A DNA stretch of 61,049 nt, the filler included, from Hausera hauseri (taxonomy: Eukaryota), in assembly GCA_046269625.1 (NCBI GenBank). It is 11 parts of 11 records of this genome, joined end to end, with 100 filler letters (N's around TTAATTAATTAA, not from the genome) between each part and the next. Parts side by side here need not be neighbours in the genome. Positions count along the whole stretch, not along the records: positions 1 to 8,919 come from JBJURY010503241.1; positions 9,020 to 14,978 come from JBJURY010163087.1; 9 more parts are not named here. The stretch is one strand, 5' to 3'. The notes under the pieces were generated by a model. The model saw only the letters and a program-made list of their open reading frames with translations, did not search any database and was not told the origin of the DNA. Made by a program: the position numbers and the translations under genes. Below, piece by piece: positions 1 to 11,537 of this stretch (within the stretch, counting starts at the first letter, position 1; each line of letters starts with the position of its first letter).

Positions 1-1449
1 TCATTATCTTTTAAACACTACTGATGCTAACCAACTGTCAGCCCCAGCAATAGCTATACATACACATAGCTGCAATTGCAATATGGAGGGTGAGAGATAA
101 AATGTGGATCAAATCAGCATTCCACGTTTTGTTGAAAGGCTTGTGTGAATGACCCCTTGTAGGTTAAAATAGCAAGGAATCAGTGTTTCTTTAACAATAC
201 CTTTTCCTTGATGAGGGGAGATCATCTGATTAATAAAATTATATTCTCTTTAGAGAAAGTCATAACCCAATGAAAGTGCATTTCAAAGTGCATCAATAAG
301 TCGATATGTATCTTACCGTCTTTCAGATTGCAGCTTCCTTTCACATACTGCCTGGCAGCAAGCAACTACTTTTACAATGAAAGCTACAAGTTTTTTCAGA
401 ACTTTTTAAACCTTTCCTCCAAAGCCTCCCTCTATCAGCTCATCTTTGTTGGTATGAAACAAAGCAAAACTCCCCCTCTCTATTTAGTCTAAGTACAGCG
501 AGCTGATACATTAGTGAAGCTGCTGTCGAAACTAGCCCTGTTAATACGTTTAATTTCATATACAAGAACATTCCAGGACATGCTCTGCTCTTCTTCTTTC
601 CTGTCACAGAAAAAGGAGAGTTGATGCCCCCTCCCCCCTTTCCATCTTTATTATTTTATGTCTTTCATAAAGCAAATAATTAAGATTATTCCACTACTGA
701 TTCAGGCAACAAAAACAAAGCCAAGTTTGAAAAGGAGTAGCAGAGTCACATGCTTGACTTCTTGTATTAGATCAGACTGAGACTCAGACTAAAAAAGGAA
801 ATACTTCCACTCATTTTTTATTACTTTTTATACTTTAACAGCTCCAAATGGAACACTGCTATTTATATTCAAAAAAGAATTCATTCACTGAAATTTGCGG
901 AAGTTTTTAAGATAATACATAAACCATCACCCAAAGACAATTCACAATGCGGTCGACATATACAAAGAAAGAAAAGGTCAGTGGGTTCCCGTCGGCGAGC
1001 AGGGATTGTCGAGTGGCGGTTCTGGCGTTTGATCAACCGGTCGTGCGACCCGATTTTCACCGAGCCTGTGGTTTTGGAACTACCGCGTCCCCGGTAACAC
1101 ACTTCCCCTAACATGACACACTCTTTCCTATTCTTCTTTTTCTTCAAAATAGACACATCCAAACGCATTACACACACGTTAAGGCAACAGTTGAGGATTT
1201 TTCTAGTGAGCTAACTCACCGAATTAACTTTAAAAACTTTATACTAAGCATAAACGGATATCATCTACACTATTCTGATCTAGTATCATCTTTTTTATCC
1301 CCACCTTCACCACTAATAATTATTTTATGTCCCCGCCTATTCCGTGGTTCCGACACAAAATCATCACTAAACGATTCTCGGGAACTCACCGATATTCCCA
1401 CCATATATATTCCTCTTAAACAGTCATCTTTAGTCCTGCCTGCAGCATC

Positions 1450-2227
1450 CTTGTTAGCCAATTTCCCAGCGTTGACTATGTTACTGATAAACAGCATCCC
1501 AGTCGTACATGGCTGGAATTCCATGCATAATGGCTAAAATCAAATAAAATCACCGACACTTTCTTCAAGGCAAACATCGTATTAATCCTTTTATCAGCCA
1601 ATCTTAAATCTGCTCGCAAAACTTTCCAAAATTTTTCAAACCGCAGAACTCTTCAATGACGTTTTAAAACTTACCGAGCCTTCTCTGGATAACATTATCC
1701 AAAAATATTTCAACAATTCAATAGGAAATCAAAAACCCTCTGAATTTTTGTAAACGTCTTTAAACCAATTAAACAAGTTAGGAGTGAACCAGACAAACAA
1801 TGCCGATTTATTGTGTAGATATTTCCTTCAATCGTTGCTGAAAGAAATACGCGCCTTACTAACCATCGTTGAAGATACCGCTACGCTAGAAAAGCTAGCA
1901 CAGCTGGCTGATAAAAGCTACGAAATATTATATACACACAATACTCCGATCGTTGCAGCCACATTACAACTCTCTATGACACCACCCAATGCAGAAATCT
2001 TAGCGTTAAATAACCAAATAAACGCTCTCCGGGTTGAAAACACTGAAATACACCAAGCCATTTCTGCTTTAACTTCTAAACTAGATAATCTATCCATGCC
2101 GCGACAAGATCAATTCACAACTAATCGTAGGCGTGCTTCATCGCACAATTCGAGATCCACTAGGTCCCCTACCGTTTCTACCGTTCTACCGTTTCTCGCA
2201 CTAAATCCAATCAGTCCACCGCAATAA
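1450..2227 (+). pseudogene. gag: Gypsy gag (capsid + coiled coil), disrupted
   Basis: 'LLCRYFLQSLLKEIRALLTIVEDTATLEKLAQLADK' aligns with the gag at 22953-23783. Confidence 0.8.
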
Positions 2228-2329
2228 CAACAACAGCCTTTACTACGCTTAATCAAAAATTGCAACAATATTTAATCAAATTTTGTTTCCATACAACAAA
2301 CAAAGATTCAGCATTTTGACCAGCTGGTA

Positions 2330-4730
2330 CAACGTTCCATCACAATCACAGAAAATCCTAGGCCCGTTAGGCAAAAACTCCGCCCAATTTAACCACGCAG
2401 TCGACAGGCAATCCAAGTGGAATTCTCTGCACTTAAGCAAGCTGGCATAATAAAACGCTCAAAATCACCGTGGGCATCAACACTCCACGTCGTCCCAAAA
2501 AAATATGGCACATTCCGCCCATGCGGCGATTGTCGCCAACTTAATAACGTCACTACCATGGATGCTTATCCTCTACCTTTGATTATGGATATACTACATT
2601 CTTTACACAAGACCACAATTTATTCGACTATAGATCGCGAAAAAGCCTACCACCAAATACCGATATCACCCGAATACATCCAAAAAACGGCCATAACACC
2701 TTTTGGTCTCTTCGAATATGCACTCATGCCGTTCGCTTTAAAGAACACAGCACAAACGTTTCAACGACACATTGATTCAGTCCTTTCAGGCTTGCCATTT
2801 GTATATTCGTACATCGATGATATACTAGTCGCATTTACATCGTCCAAATAACACGAAGAACATCTCAGACTAGTTTCCAACGCTTACACAACTACAATTT
2901 GCAAGTGAACTTTTCTAAGTGTTCCTTCTTTCAGAAAAAGGTAAATTTCCTTGGCCATGTCATCACACCTGATGGTCATAGTCCACAGCCTGATAGAATT
3001 CATCAGTTACGAAACATCGAGCTATCAAAAACCACTACTGACATGCGTAGTTTCTTTGGGACTTTGCATTTTATTCATAAATACGTCCCACACTGTAGCC
3101 AGTTAACTGTTCCTTTCGCTCAACTCGGAGCAGGGCCGAAGAAAAAAACATTGGACACCAGAACTTGTAAACCACTTGGACGAACTCCGCGATAAGCTTA
3201 AAACAGTTGAAATCTTAGCATACCCAAAATCTGATGCCCACCTTATTTTGACAACCGAGGCATCAACCACAGCAGTAGGAGCGGTTCTTCACCAAATATC
3301 TCAAGGTACAAATGAGCCACTTGAATTCTTTTCACGTAAGCTCCAGCCATAGGAACGCTATTATTCCACCTTCGATAGAGAACTCTTGTCTATTGCTTTA
3401 GCTCAAACATTTTTCACATTTGCTTATTGCTCGATCCTTCACCATTCAAATGGACCACAAACCTCTCGTTCCCGTAATGAACACGAAACAACCATTCGTC
3501 AAGAACAACATACCTCGTACCTGTCAACATTTAACTTTAAAATTTGTCATATTTCTGGCACAGACAATATAATAGCAGATTTTTATCACGGTCAGTAGGT
3601 GCAATTAGTGTCACACCCATATTCTCCAAAGAACAATTAATCAAAAACTCCCTTTCTGCGGATATTCTTCAACAATGTAAATCAGTACAAATCATAGATG
3701 GCGTAGCCATGGACACGTCGACACCTGGGCAACATTTGCCAATCTTGGCACCTTCTCTACAACAAATAGCATTTAACCATATCCATTCGTTACATCACCC
3801 AAGTACGAAGGCTATATTCCACATCCTCAAACGTCACGTAACTTGGCCATCGATGAGGTCTGACGTTCAGAGTTGGGTTAGACAATGCGTAGCTTGCCAA
3901 AAGTTCAAAATAGCTACGCATCTAAAACCACCATCATTCCATTCCCCTGTACGTCTCGCATTGAATCAGTTCACTTAGACATCGTTAGTCCACCTTCTGA
4001 TAACGGCCACAAATTCGTTTTAACAATGATGGACCGTGCATCTCGACGGCCTGAAGCTGTTCCTTTGCGCTCCATCAATATAGACTCCATAGCCAATGAC
4101 TTCATAAGGATTTCAATTAGCCGGTTCGGTTCGCCGCGTTATATAATTACAGACCAAGGTCTTCAATTTCAATCGAACCGAATGAAGTCTTTAGTTAATC
4201 GACTGGGCATAAATCACATACACACAACCTCACATAATCCCCAGTCGAACGGCTTATTGGAACGTTTCCATCGCACCCTTAAAATATTGTTAAAAATTCT
4301 AGCTGAAACATAAGAACTAGACCACCATCCTTCCATTCGTATTACTTAGGTGGCGCAACACACTGTCTACCACCATTGGTTGCGCACCCGCTGAAGCACT
4401 TTTCGGCACCATAATTCGTGCACTTTTCGAACTAACAGATTTAGATAACACGCCAACTGACGAAACTATTACGTCTGCACAAAATCATTTCATCCAGCTA
4501 TGCCATGATTCTTTCTGCAAAATAATACATGGCGCTAAAATATATCTACCTAACTCGCTATTCAACGCAAAGTTCGTGTGGTTAAAAACCCCTTCATCTT
4601 CTGGATTCCAACCAAAACTATTTAGAACCACTTAAAGTCCTTAATATTACCTCACAGTTACGATACTCAAAAACGATAAAGAACAAAACATGCACATAAC
4701 TAACGTGAAACACACATTCTTCGTTAACGA
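2330..4730 (+). pseudogene. pol: Gypsy pol (RT-RNase H-integrase), frameshifted
   Basis: ORFs 2417-2851, 2899-3195, 3544-3978 and 3885-4313 carry RT, RH, HHCC and DDE motifs. Confidence 0.92.
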
Positions 4731-5635
4731 CACATCGGATTCCTCAGTTGAACCTACACAAACTTTTTTCACTTCTTCAACTCTTCTTCCTACCCACGTA
4801 CAAGACAACATGCTACTCTAAAAGCCGCACTAACTCAAAAAACTACAAAACAACATACCGACCAGTTCTTAATATGTCAAATAAAATTTTAACTTCATCC
4901 AAATGACCTCAGCAGACAGTCATGCAGAAATTCAAACAAAGACAGTTACCTTATTGTTCACACAGACTCAATAGTTCGCATATACCGTTCTGCTTTGTCT
5001 TGCTTTTGCGACATTAATGTCCTGATGGTGTCACTTTTCGTAACGGGTGGTAGTGTGTTGCCGCGGACTCGGGCGCCACCATAATCAAACTGCAGAAGAA
5101 TTTTATAAATTGAATTCAAACCGCAGAATTTTGTAAATTCAATTTTTTCCGAACAATATTCTTTTAAATTGCGATTTCCAGTACGTAGTTAAAGTAATTC
5201 GTCCCATTATCATGCACTACGTTAATATTGCTTTACTTATGAATAAACATTTGGCACATTAATCAATTAAAGAAAACAATAAGTAAAAAATTAAAAATCA
5301 GTAAAAGTTGATAATTTTGACAACTCCTCATATTCTTCTGCATAGAAGCAAAAGGCAAATTGAAGCGCGAAATAATGTTCCATCCAGTGTCAGTACGGAT
5401 AGAAAAGTTCAAAATGATCAGTGTGCACTGCGCAAATATCAAAGACGTCTAAACAAGTGTTTCTTGATTGTAAATGTGAACAGCGGCATCTTGCCAAATT
5501 TCCCTTGGTACAAAACTTTTAATATCCAGAACAAAAACCTGTAAGAAATCTGTAACATGAATAGTGCTGTATATATCAAATTTATATTACGTGTTAATAA
5601 AAAGATTGTTTTTTAGTATTGAACAATAAAGTCTT

Positions 5636-6862
5636 CATAGTAGATAGAAGTGAGCGCTCCATCCAACTTATCTGATTGGTCCGTCGACCAGTTTTCCCCA
5701 CCTGATTGGCTATTCTGAACATTTCACTAAAAATTTCGGATGACCCCTCCCCTCTGGTCGAAAAGGACGTTGAGCAATGGACTTTGGACCAATTGATATC
5801 GATAGCCAGTGACAAGGTGAGCAAAAGTTAATATAGGTGCGGTATGCGAAAAATGTAAGGGAGACGCGCTAGAAGAGGAAGCAAAACAGGAAATGCTCCA
5901 CTTGTAACGCGAAACATGTTGCTAGCACTGAGAAAATGTGTACAAGGGGTAAATCGATATTGGCAATTGCAATGGACACTGTTGCAAGTCGGTCAGACCA
6001 TGGGAACATGGGGAAAAATCCATGGTAAATTTTTAAAGGGGCAAAATTTCCCCATGTTGAAGTCTTCCGGAGATGGAAATTGGTCTAACATTTTGCCCAT
6101 AAGCAGGCGAAAATTTCATATTATAGCCACCTCACGATCAGACAAATGGATCGGGGAGAAAAATGCAATCAAACACATTGTTAAAAAGCCAAAAGCATCA
6201 TCATCATCGAAAAAACGCAATGTTAAAGTCAAAATCATCGTAGTAGGTAGAAGTGAGAGGTCCACCGCACTTCCCAAAAAGTCCTCAGATGGACCAAGTT
6301 TTCCCCACCTATCTCGCAATTCTGAGCATTTCATATTTTGTGGTCGGAAGACCCCCCTAGCCGGAAGCACATGTCATGTATCGCACATGTCACCGATGGA
6401 AATCGGTAGAGCTCGATGAGTGGAGAAAAATTTTGTAGCGCGGCGAGAATCGAAAATGTTACTGGGCGGCGCTAGATGCAAAAGAAGCAAAACAGGAAAT
6501 GTTTTATGAGAAACGAGACACGAGTTACGAATTGCGCAATGTTCGGTGCAAATATCAAAACGATGTCGGGGAATCAAATGCGCACACAATTTCAACTCGG
6601 TCTTACCGTGGGAACATGGGGAAAAATTGATGGGAAAATTTCAAACGGTAAAAATTTTTCATTGTTCAAGTCTTCTGGTTGTGGAAATAGGTTGAGCACG
6701 CAGCCCATCAGTAGTTGAGCATTTCATATAGCCGCCTAACGATCAGACCAATGGATCGGGGTGAAAAACGCAACGAACAAACGAACGAACAAACGCATTG
6801 TTAAAAAGTCAAAACCACCCTTCGTTTTGTTTTGTAAAAAGATGTGTACGACGACGACGACG
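5636..6862 (+). repeat. Two diverged tandem copies of a ~608-bp unit (third copy at 26225-26410); probable Polinton terminal region
   Basis: TGGGAACATGGGGAAAAA at 6001 and 6609, with GGAACATGGGGAAAAA again at ~26335. Units start AGTAGATAGAAGTGAG / AGTAGGTAGAAGTGAG. Polinton capsid genes lie across the adjacent gap. Confidence 0.65.
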
Positions 6863-7030
6863 NNNNNNNNNNNNNNNNNNNNNNNNNNNNNNNNNNNNNN
6901 NNNNNNNNNNNNNNNNNNNNNNNNNNNNNNNNNNNNNNNNNNNNNNNNNNNNNNNNNNNNNNNNNNNNNNNNNNNNNNNNNNNNNNNNNNNNNNNNNNNN
7001 NNNNNNNNNNNNNNNNNNNNNNNNNNNNNN

Positions 7031-7345
7031 ATAATCCGGAGCCAGGACAAATGTGAAGAATGGATAGGTGGACTTGAACAAATCCATCGATATGCAATTG
7101 TTGACGTTTTTGTTTATCAAACCCATGTTGCGTACGATAGATTGCATATATGTGCAAACGTAATCATTAGACTCAAAGTCGTGTTTGTACGTCTCAACGA
7201 AATCCGCATTCCGACCCAAACTAATGTAATTCACATTGCTATGGGTAAAAGTTTCCGAATCGGCGGTATAACTGCCCGTTTGTTGAACAGTCGTTTGAAA
7301 TGTAACGAGAACAAATTTCAGCAATCGCATGTCGCCAACCCGTGC
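7031..7345 (-). pseudogene. Polinton/Adintovirus major capsid (hexon-like) C-terminal fragment
   Basis: 'TYMQSIVRNMGLINKNVNNCISMDLFKSTYPFFTFVLAPDY' closely matches 50050-50190. Confidence 0.8.
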
Positions 7346-7369
7346 GTCCTTCTAAAACGTTGTCGAACA

Positions 7370-8398
7370 GAAATTCAATAAGGTAGCCCGCGTCACATCG
7401 GATATTCACTTCAACATTGTTTATAGATGTAGATGCCACCGATAGGTACATTGGATTATCGAGCTTGACAGTGACATTGTCGCCGGCAGTATACTTGGTG
7501 CTTTCCGGATAAATTGCACGGAGTAGAGGTACACGTACTCCACCGACCAAAATCGGTTCGGTGACGTTCATGTAAATGTACATTTGACTTAGTCCAGTTT
7601 TCAGTCTGGGTTTGAGTGTTGCAACATGTACCGCCGCCGTCTTCGTATTCGTCGATGCCTCAAACCGCTGTTTTTAAAAACCCAACACCATGGCCAAAGC
7701 TTTGTCCAATGAAATGTCAACAATATTCTTAGCCAGTTTAATTTTTAATGTACCCATTTGTATCTGGCTCGAAAACTTTAAATATCGCCTTGTACTTTTG
7801 ATTTGAAGAAAAGTGTTGACAGAGCTGTGCTACAGATTCACGATAGGCATTGTCTCCAATCGATACGTATGACGTTAATAACCTTTCAGTTGTATACGTA
7901 AATTTCACCGTTGTCTGGTAATATACGAGAGTTAATCTAGGAGCAACTATATTTTCACTTTTAATATCTCGACCTTTGTACTTTATTTGTGCATCCAAAT
8001 TTCTGTGCCATCTCAGAGGATTCAAAGGTAACAGTAAATTCGAAATCTGTCATAAAATGTAAGTATTCCCCTAAAATAAGAACACCGATCTTGCCGAATA
8101 TACCGTAATTTGCTTTGGTCATGCAAAAGCCCGATACTCCAACTGTTATTTTATTGTTAGTAAGTGTCAGAGGACAAGAATGTGTTTTGATTTCAGTAAC
8201 AGTCATGTTGTAGGTTATTTTCATACTACCTTTCAATGTCACCGGTGCGTAGGGAAAGTTTAATTCCGTCAGTGCAACCTCCCATTTTACAGCAGATAAA
8301 TCCAAAGGATTGTTCCAATCTACAACGTATTCACTGGCTGAATTGTTTGTACGAGTCATCGTACAACTGTTGCTCGGCAACAATACGTACATACTCAT
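7370..8398 (-). pseudogene. Polinton/Adintovirus minor capsid (penton-like) A
   Basis: N-terminus MSMYVLLPSNS..NNSASEY..W..PL.L..KWEVALTE; C-terminus IYMNVTEPILVGGVRVPLLR..PMYLSV..INNVEVNI. Confidence 0.85.
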
Positions 8399-8443
8399 GA
8401 TCTCGACGATGATGATCATGATAGTAATAACGCAGTTTGTTTA

Positions 8444-8919
8444 TTATCGACAACGACGACGAAAATGTAGCATCAAATGTGTCTTGGCGCCGAACAGAAA
8501 TTTAAAGGGTTTCCAAAATTCGTCTACCATATACACGGAAATACTGTGCACAACATTGTGAAACAACGATAAATACATAGGCAGGATGATATTTACATGA
8601 GCAGTTTCGCCCGGTGTTTTGTACGTGTCCGAATCCCGTCCAATAGAAGCCAATAGTTGCTTACAGTCTCCGCCAACATATAGGGGTTCGGTTAGATCCG
8701 TTAAAATATTGATTCCATGAAATGCTTCGTAGAGACGTGGTTTGTGTTTAGCAACAATGGATCGTCCGCCGCCGCCGGTTTGACCAAATTCTCGTTTCTA
8801 AAAACCCATATTCCGTGTCAATAGTTCATCAAAGGCAAAATGTGTAACATTATCGTGTAGTGTAAACGAAATACGACCATCAGAGTTTAATTCAAATGTC
8901 TTGAGAGCCAATTTAGCTA
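8444..8919 (-). pseudogene. Polinton/Adintovirus minor capsid (penton-like) B, C-terminal part
   Basis: Ends PMYLSL..VHSISVYMVDEFWKPFKF..LMLHFRRR; homologous to 47160-47657. Confidence 0.75.
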
Positions 8920-9019
8920 NNNNNNNNNNNNNNNNNNNNNNNNNNNNNNNNNNNNNNNNNNNNTTAATTAATTAANNNNNNNNNNNNNNNNNNNNNNNNN
9001 NNNNNNNNNNNNNNNNNNN
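8920..9019. other. Artificial contig spacer (N44-TTAATTAATTAA-N44)
   Basis: All-frame-stop linker. Same spacer at about 14979, 19973, 26125, 30465, 36454, 42249, 46791, 50998 and 55847. Confidence 0.98.
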
Positions 9020-9849
9020 GGGTTGTGCTAGTCTGACTAAATTGAGTAATGAGGCATTTGCAATAATCGGTTTGAGGTTTGTGGAAATGTGTGGCAATAA
9101 TAACCACAGTGCATGTCCACGAAGCAACAAAGACGTCTCCTATGAAATTGTTGACAGTATGAACCGTAATCTCCCATCAACTATTGTACATCAGGATTCG
9201 TTACTTAAATCAGCGCTACTCAGCAGCATACCTCTTCAACTGTCTCAACCGTCACCATCCACAGTGAGATTCATACCAAAAATCAATGTCTCCAAAACAT
9301 CCTCTCGGTGGTATAAAATCCATGATGGACCAACATCAGACACTTTTACAACAGAAAGTAAAAATGACATGGTTATTTAAAGTTAACATTGCATGGGTTA
9401 AAACAAGAGTTCTTTTTTTGACATAAAACGAACTGGATGCGGACGACATGACTCTGGTAGAACTTGCTCCAGTCAAAAATTTCCCTTTAATTCGCGATCA
9501 AATGAGCGATAAAAACTGTAAAAATCCTATGAACAGTTATGATATTCAAAGCGTATCGAAATATCCGCAAGTACATGAAACTTCAAAATGGTTGATTTTT
9601 TACATTTTTCAAATTCAAAAAAATGTTTAAATCTTTATTAAAACAAAAACTTTTTTTTTCTCAGTACATTGTTATAAAAATTCAACAATGAAAATACACG
9701 AATTATTTTACATCAAGTAAGAAAATCGTTGGTGAAATGTGATTCCATATTACATGCAACAAAGACTCAAATATAAGGTGAAAACATTTACAAAGACAGA
9801 AATAAAAAGCCTAGGTTTAAAGAACGTAAACAACAATCAATCAGATGCA

Positions 9850-11430
9850 TAAAAAATTTATTTGGAGTGTTCGTATTCCACAAAAATCAGTGGCAATACT
9901 TATGCGTTCTTCGCCAGTGTTTCTCGTTGACGTGCATTATCAGTAACGCCAGTTCTTTCAACATCGGCTTCGTTTGGATTCGTCTCTACAGCCACATTAT
10001 CATCATAACTTTTTGACAAATTAACTAATAGGTCCAACACAGCCCGGTTTTGACACACGACGAATCGACTTATCCAATTGAGCTAATACGTCCGTCAATA
10101 TTCTTTTTGATTTAAATACTTCTCGGTTGTCGAGCTTTTTTGGTGCATATTTACAATGGATTTGTTTCTCTGGGTCACATTATGGAAACTGTGCTTTGAA
10201 TCTAAAGTTAAAGAAATGTGAGATGATTTGGACAAAGACATTGATAATGGTTGGAAAGACCGATGACTAGATGTAATAGGCGAATATGAAATGCTGGAGG
10301 AATTACCGTCTATTCTTTTGAATATAACGATTTAGTTGACATTTTCGGATCGTCCATCAGTTTGGTGGATATTTGATTGGACGAGACTCGTTTCTTTTGA
10401 CATTTCAACAAAGCATTTTCGAGTAAATCTGTTTCGTTGTTCGACGAGCACAATGCATCAACGGATGAAACGGCAGGTGTTAAAGCCGGTGGTTTGTCAT
10501 AAAGAGTATTATCTTTGGATTCATCGGAATGTTCGGACGATAGGAAATTATTCAGAGCATTGTTGGAAATTTCATCGAAATCGGTACAGATTATGAGTTT
10601 TTTTACTCTCACCGATTTCCTTTTCTAGTATTGGGGCTGGTGTGTCATTTATTTTGGATAGGTCCGAATAATCCGGACTATGAGTACTGTCGTCATCGAT
10701 TTTTGTATTTGCCTATTCCACCAAGCGGTCCGATGACCGCTCGCTGCCATCAATACAGTGCACCTCGCTACTGAAGCCTCTCTCCGAATAGACTGTGTTT
10801 CGGCTTTATGGGATTCAACATCGAGTATCGTTATTTTGCTGAATCACAACTTGACTTAATTTTCTTATCCGGTCGACGTCTCTTTCATTTTAATGGAGTT
10901 GGTTTTATGGATTCACTTTTTAGTACTGTACTTTCATCGGATAACGTAGATAAATCCGATTTGGGATTTGGATTCGGCAAAATTTGTCGCTGATGACTGA
11001 CAAATGGTGTTGGGATTGTTGTCAATGAAGGTAGTGACTGGGATGAGATATACCCTGGTGAACTAATATTCATACTCGGTGATGTTGTCGTAACATTGGA
11101 CGATGATGACTTTGGGCTTTGGCTGAATAGGCTTTAAACTGTTTACAGATATATTTGATATTATTGTACTGGTGCATGTCGTTGTTGTTGATCTTTTGAT
11201 AGATATGTTGTGAAACAAGTTACTTAACGCGTTAATTGATGAATAATTGACTGCTAATTTGTTTACAGTACTGCAAGATGAAATGGCAAGTGACGCCGTT
11301 GTCGCCGGAAGAATCGGAGTTACTAGAGATATGTTTGATGAACAAATCGTTCGACTGGATTCATTTGTTGGCGAAGCGATTGCTGAAATCCACTTTTCAT
11401 TGTTAAAACTACTGCTTTGAGTTACGGCAA
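9850..11430 (-). pseudogene. Disrupted Ser/Thr-rich coding-like sequence directly downstream of a Gypsy LTR cap (putative captured gene, unidentified)
   Basis: Consecutive low-complexity minus-strand ORFs 11063-11545, 10885-11073 and 10310-10612. Confidence 0.4.
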
Positions 11431-11434
11431 CTTT

Positions 11435-11537
11435 TGAGTGGAGTCGGACCCGACTATTGATCTGACGTGGCGGCAACGGAAACCCGGCAGCGCCCGACCA
11501 AATAGGCCAAAGAGCACCTGCCGCCGTTGGCACCACA
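11435..11537 (-). repeat. GC-rich LTR start cap (TGTGGTGCC...) inserted in the pPolB 3' end
   Basis: Aligns with 33339-33446 (GCTCTTTGGCCYATTTGGTCGGGCRC..GTTGCCG). Abuts pPolB 'LSCNDDKQTW' with no PPT. Confidence 0.8.

Larger units (their letters stand above)
980..5083 (+). mobile_element. Degenerate Ty3/Gypsy LTR retrotransposon (CsRn1-like family), gag-RT-RH-INT, protease deleted
   Basis: Gag-like ORF 1784-2227; RT (SPWASTLHVVPKK, AYPLP, FGLFEY, YIDD); RNase H; integrase (HLDIV, TDQG.QF, NPQSNGLLERFHRTLK). Many frameshifts. GC-rich ends at 980-1101 and 5054-5083. Confidence 0.93.

Noticed and set aside
5916-6718. ORFs inside the ~608-bp repeat
   Set aside because: Frames are not conserved between the three copies and there are no recognisable motifs.
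6736-7381. Long ORFs spanning N runs (also at 15027, 20017, 26169, 36498, 46843)
   Set aside because: Their length is an artefact of X translation through gaps.
9042-9380. 112-aa ORF at the contig start
   Set aside because: No motif recognised. It may be a transposon remnant but cannot be supported.
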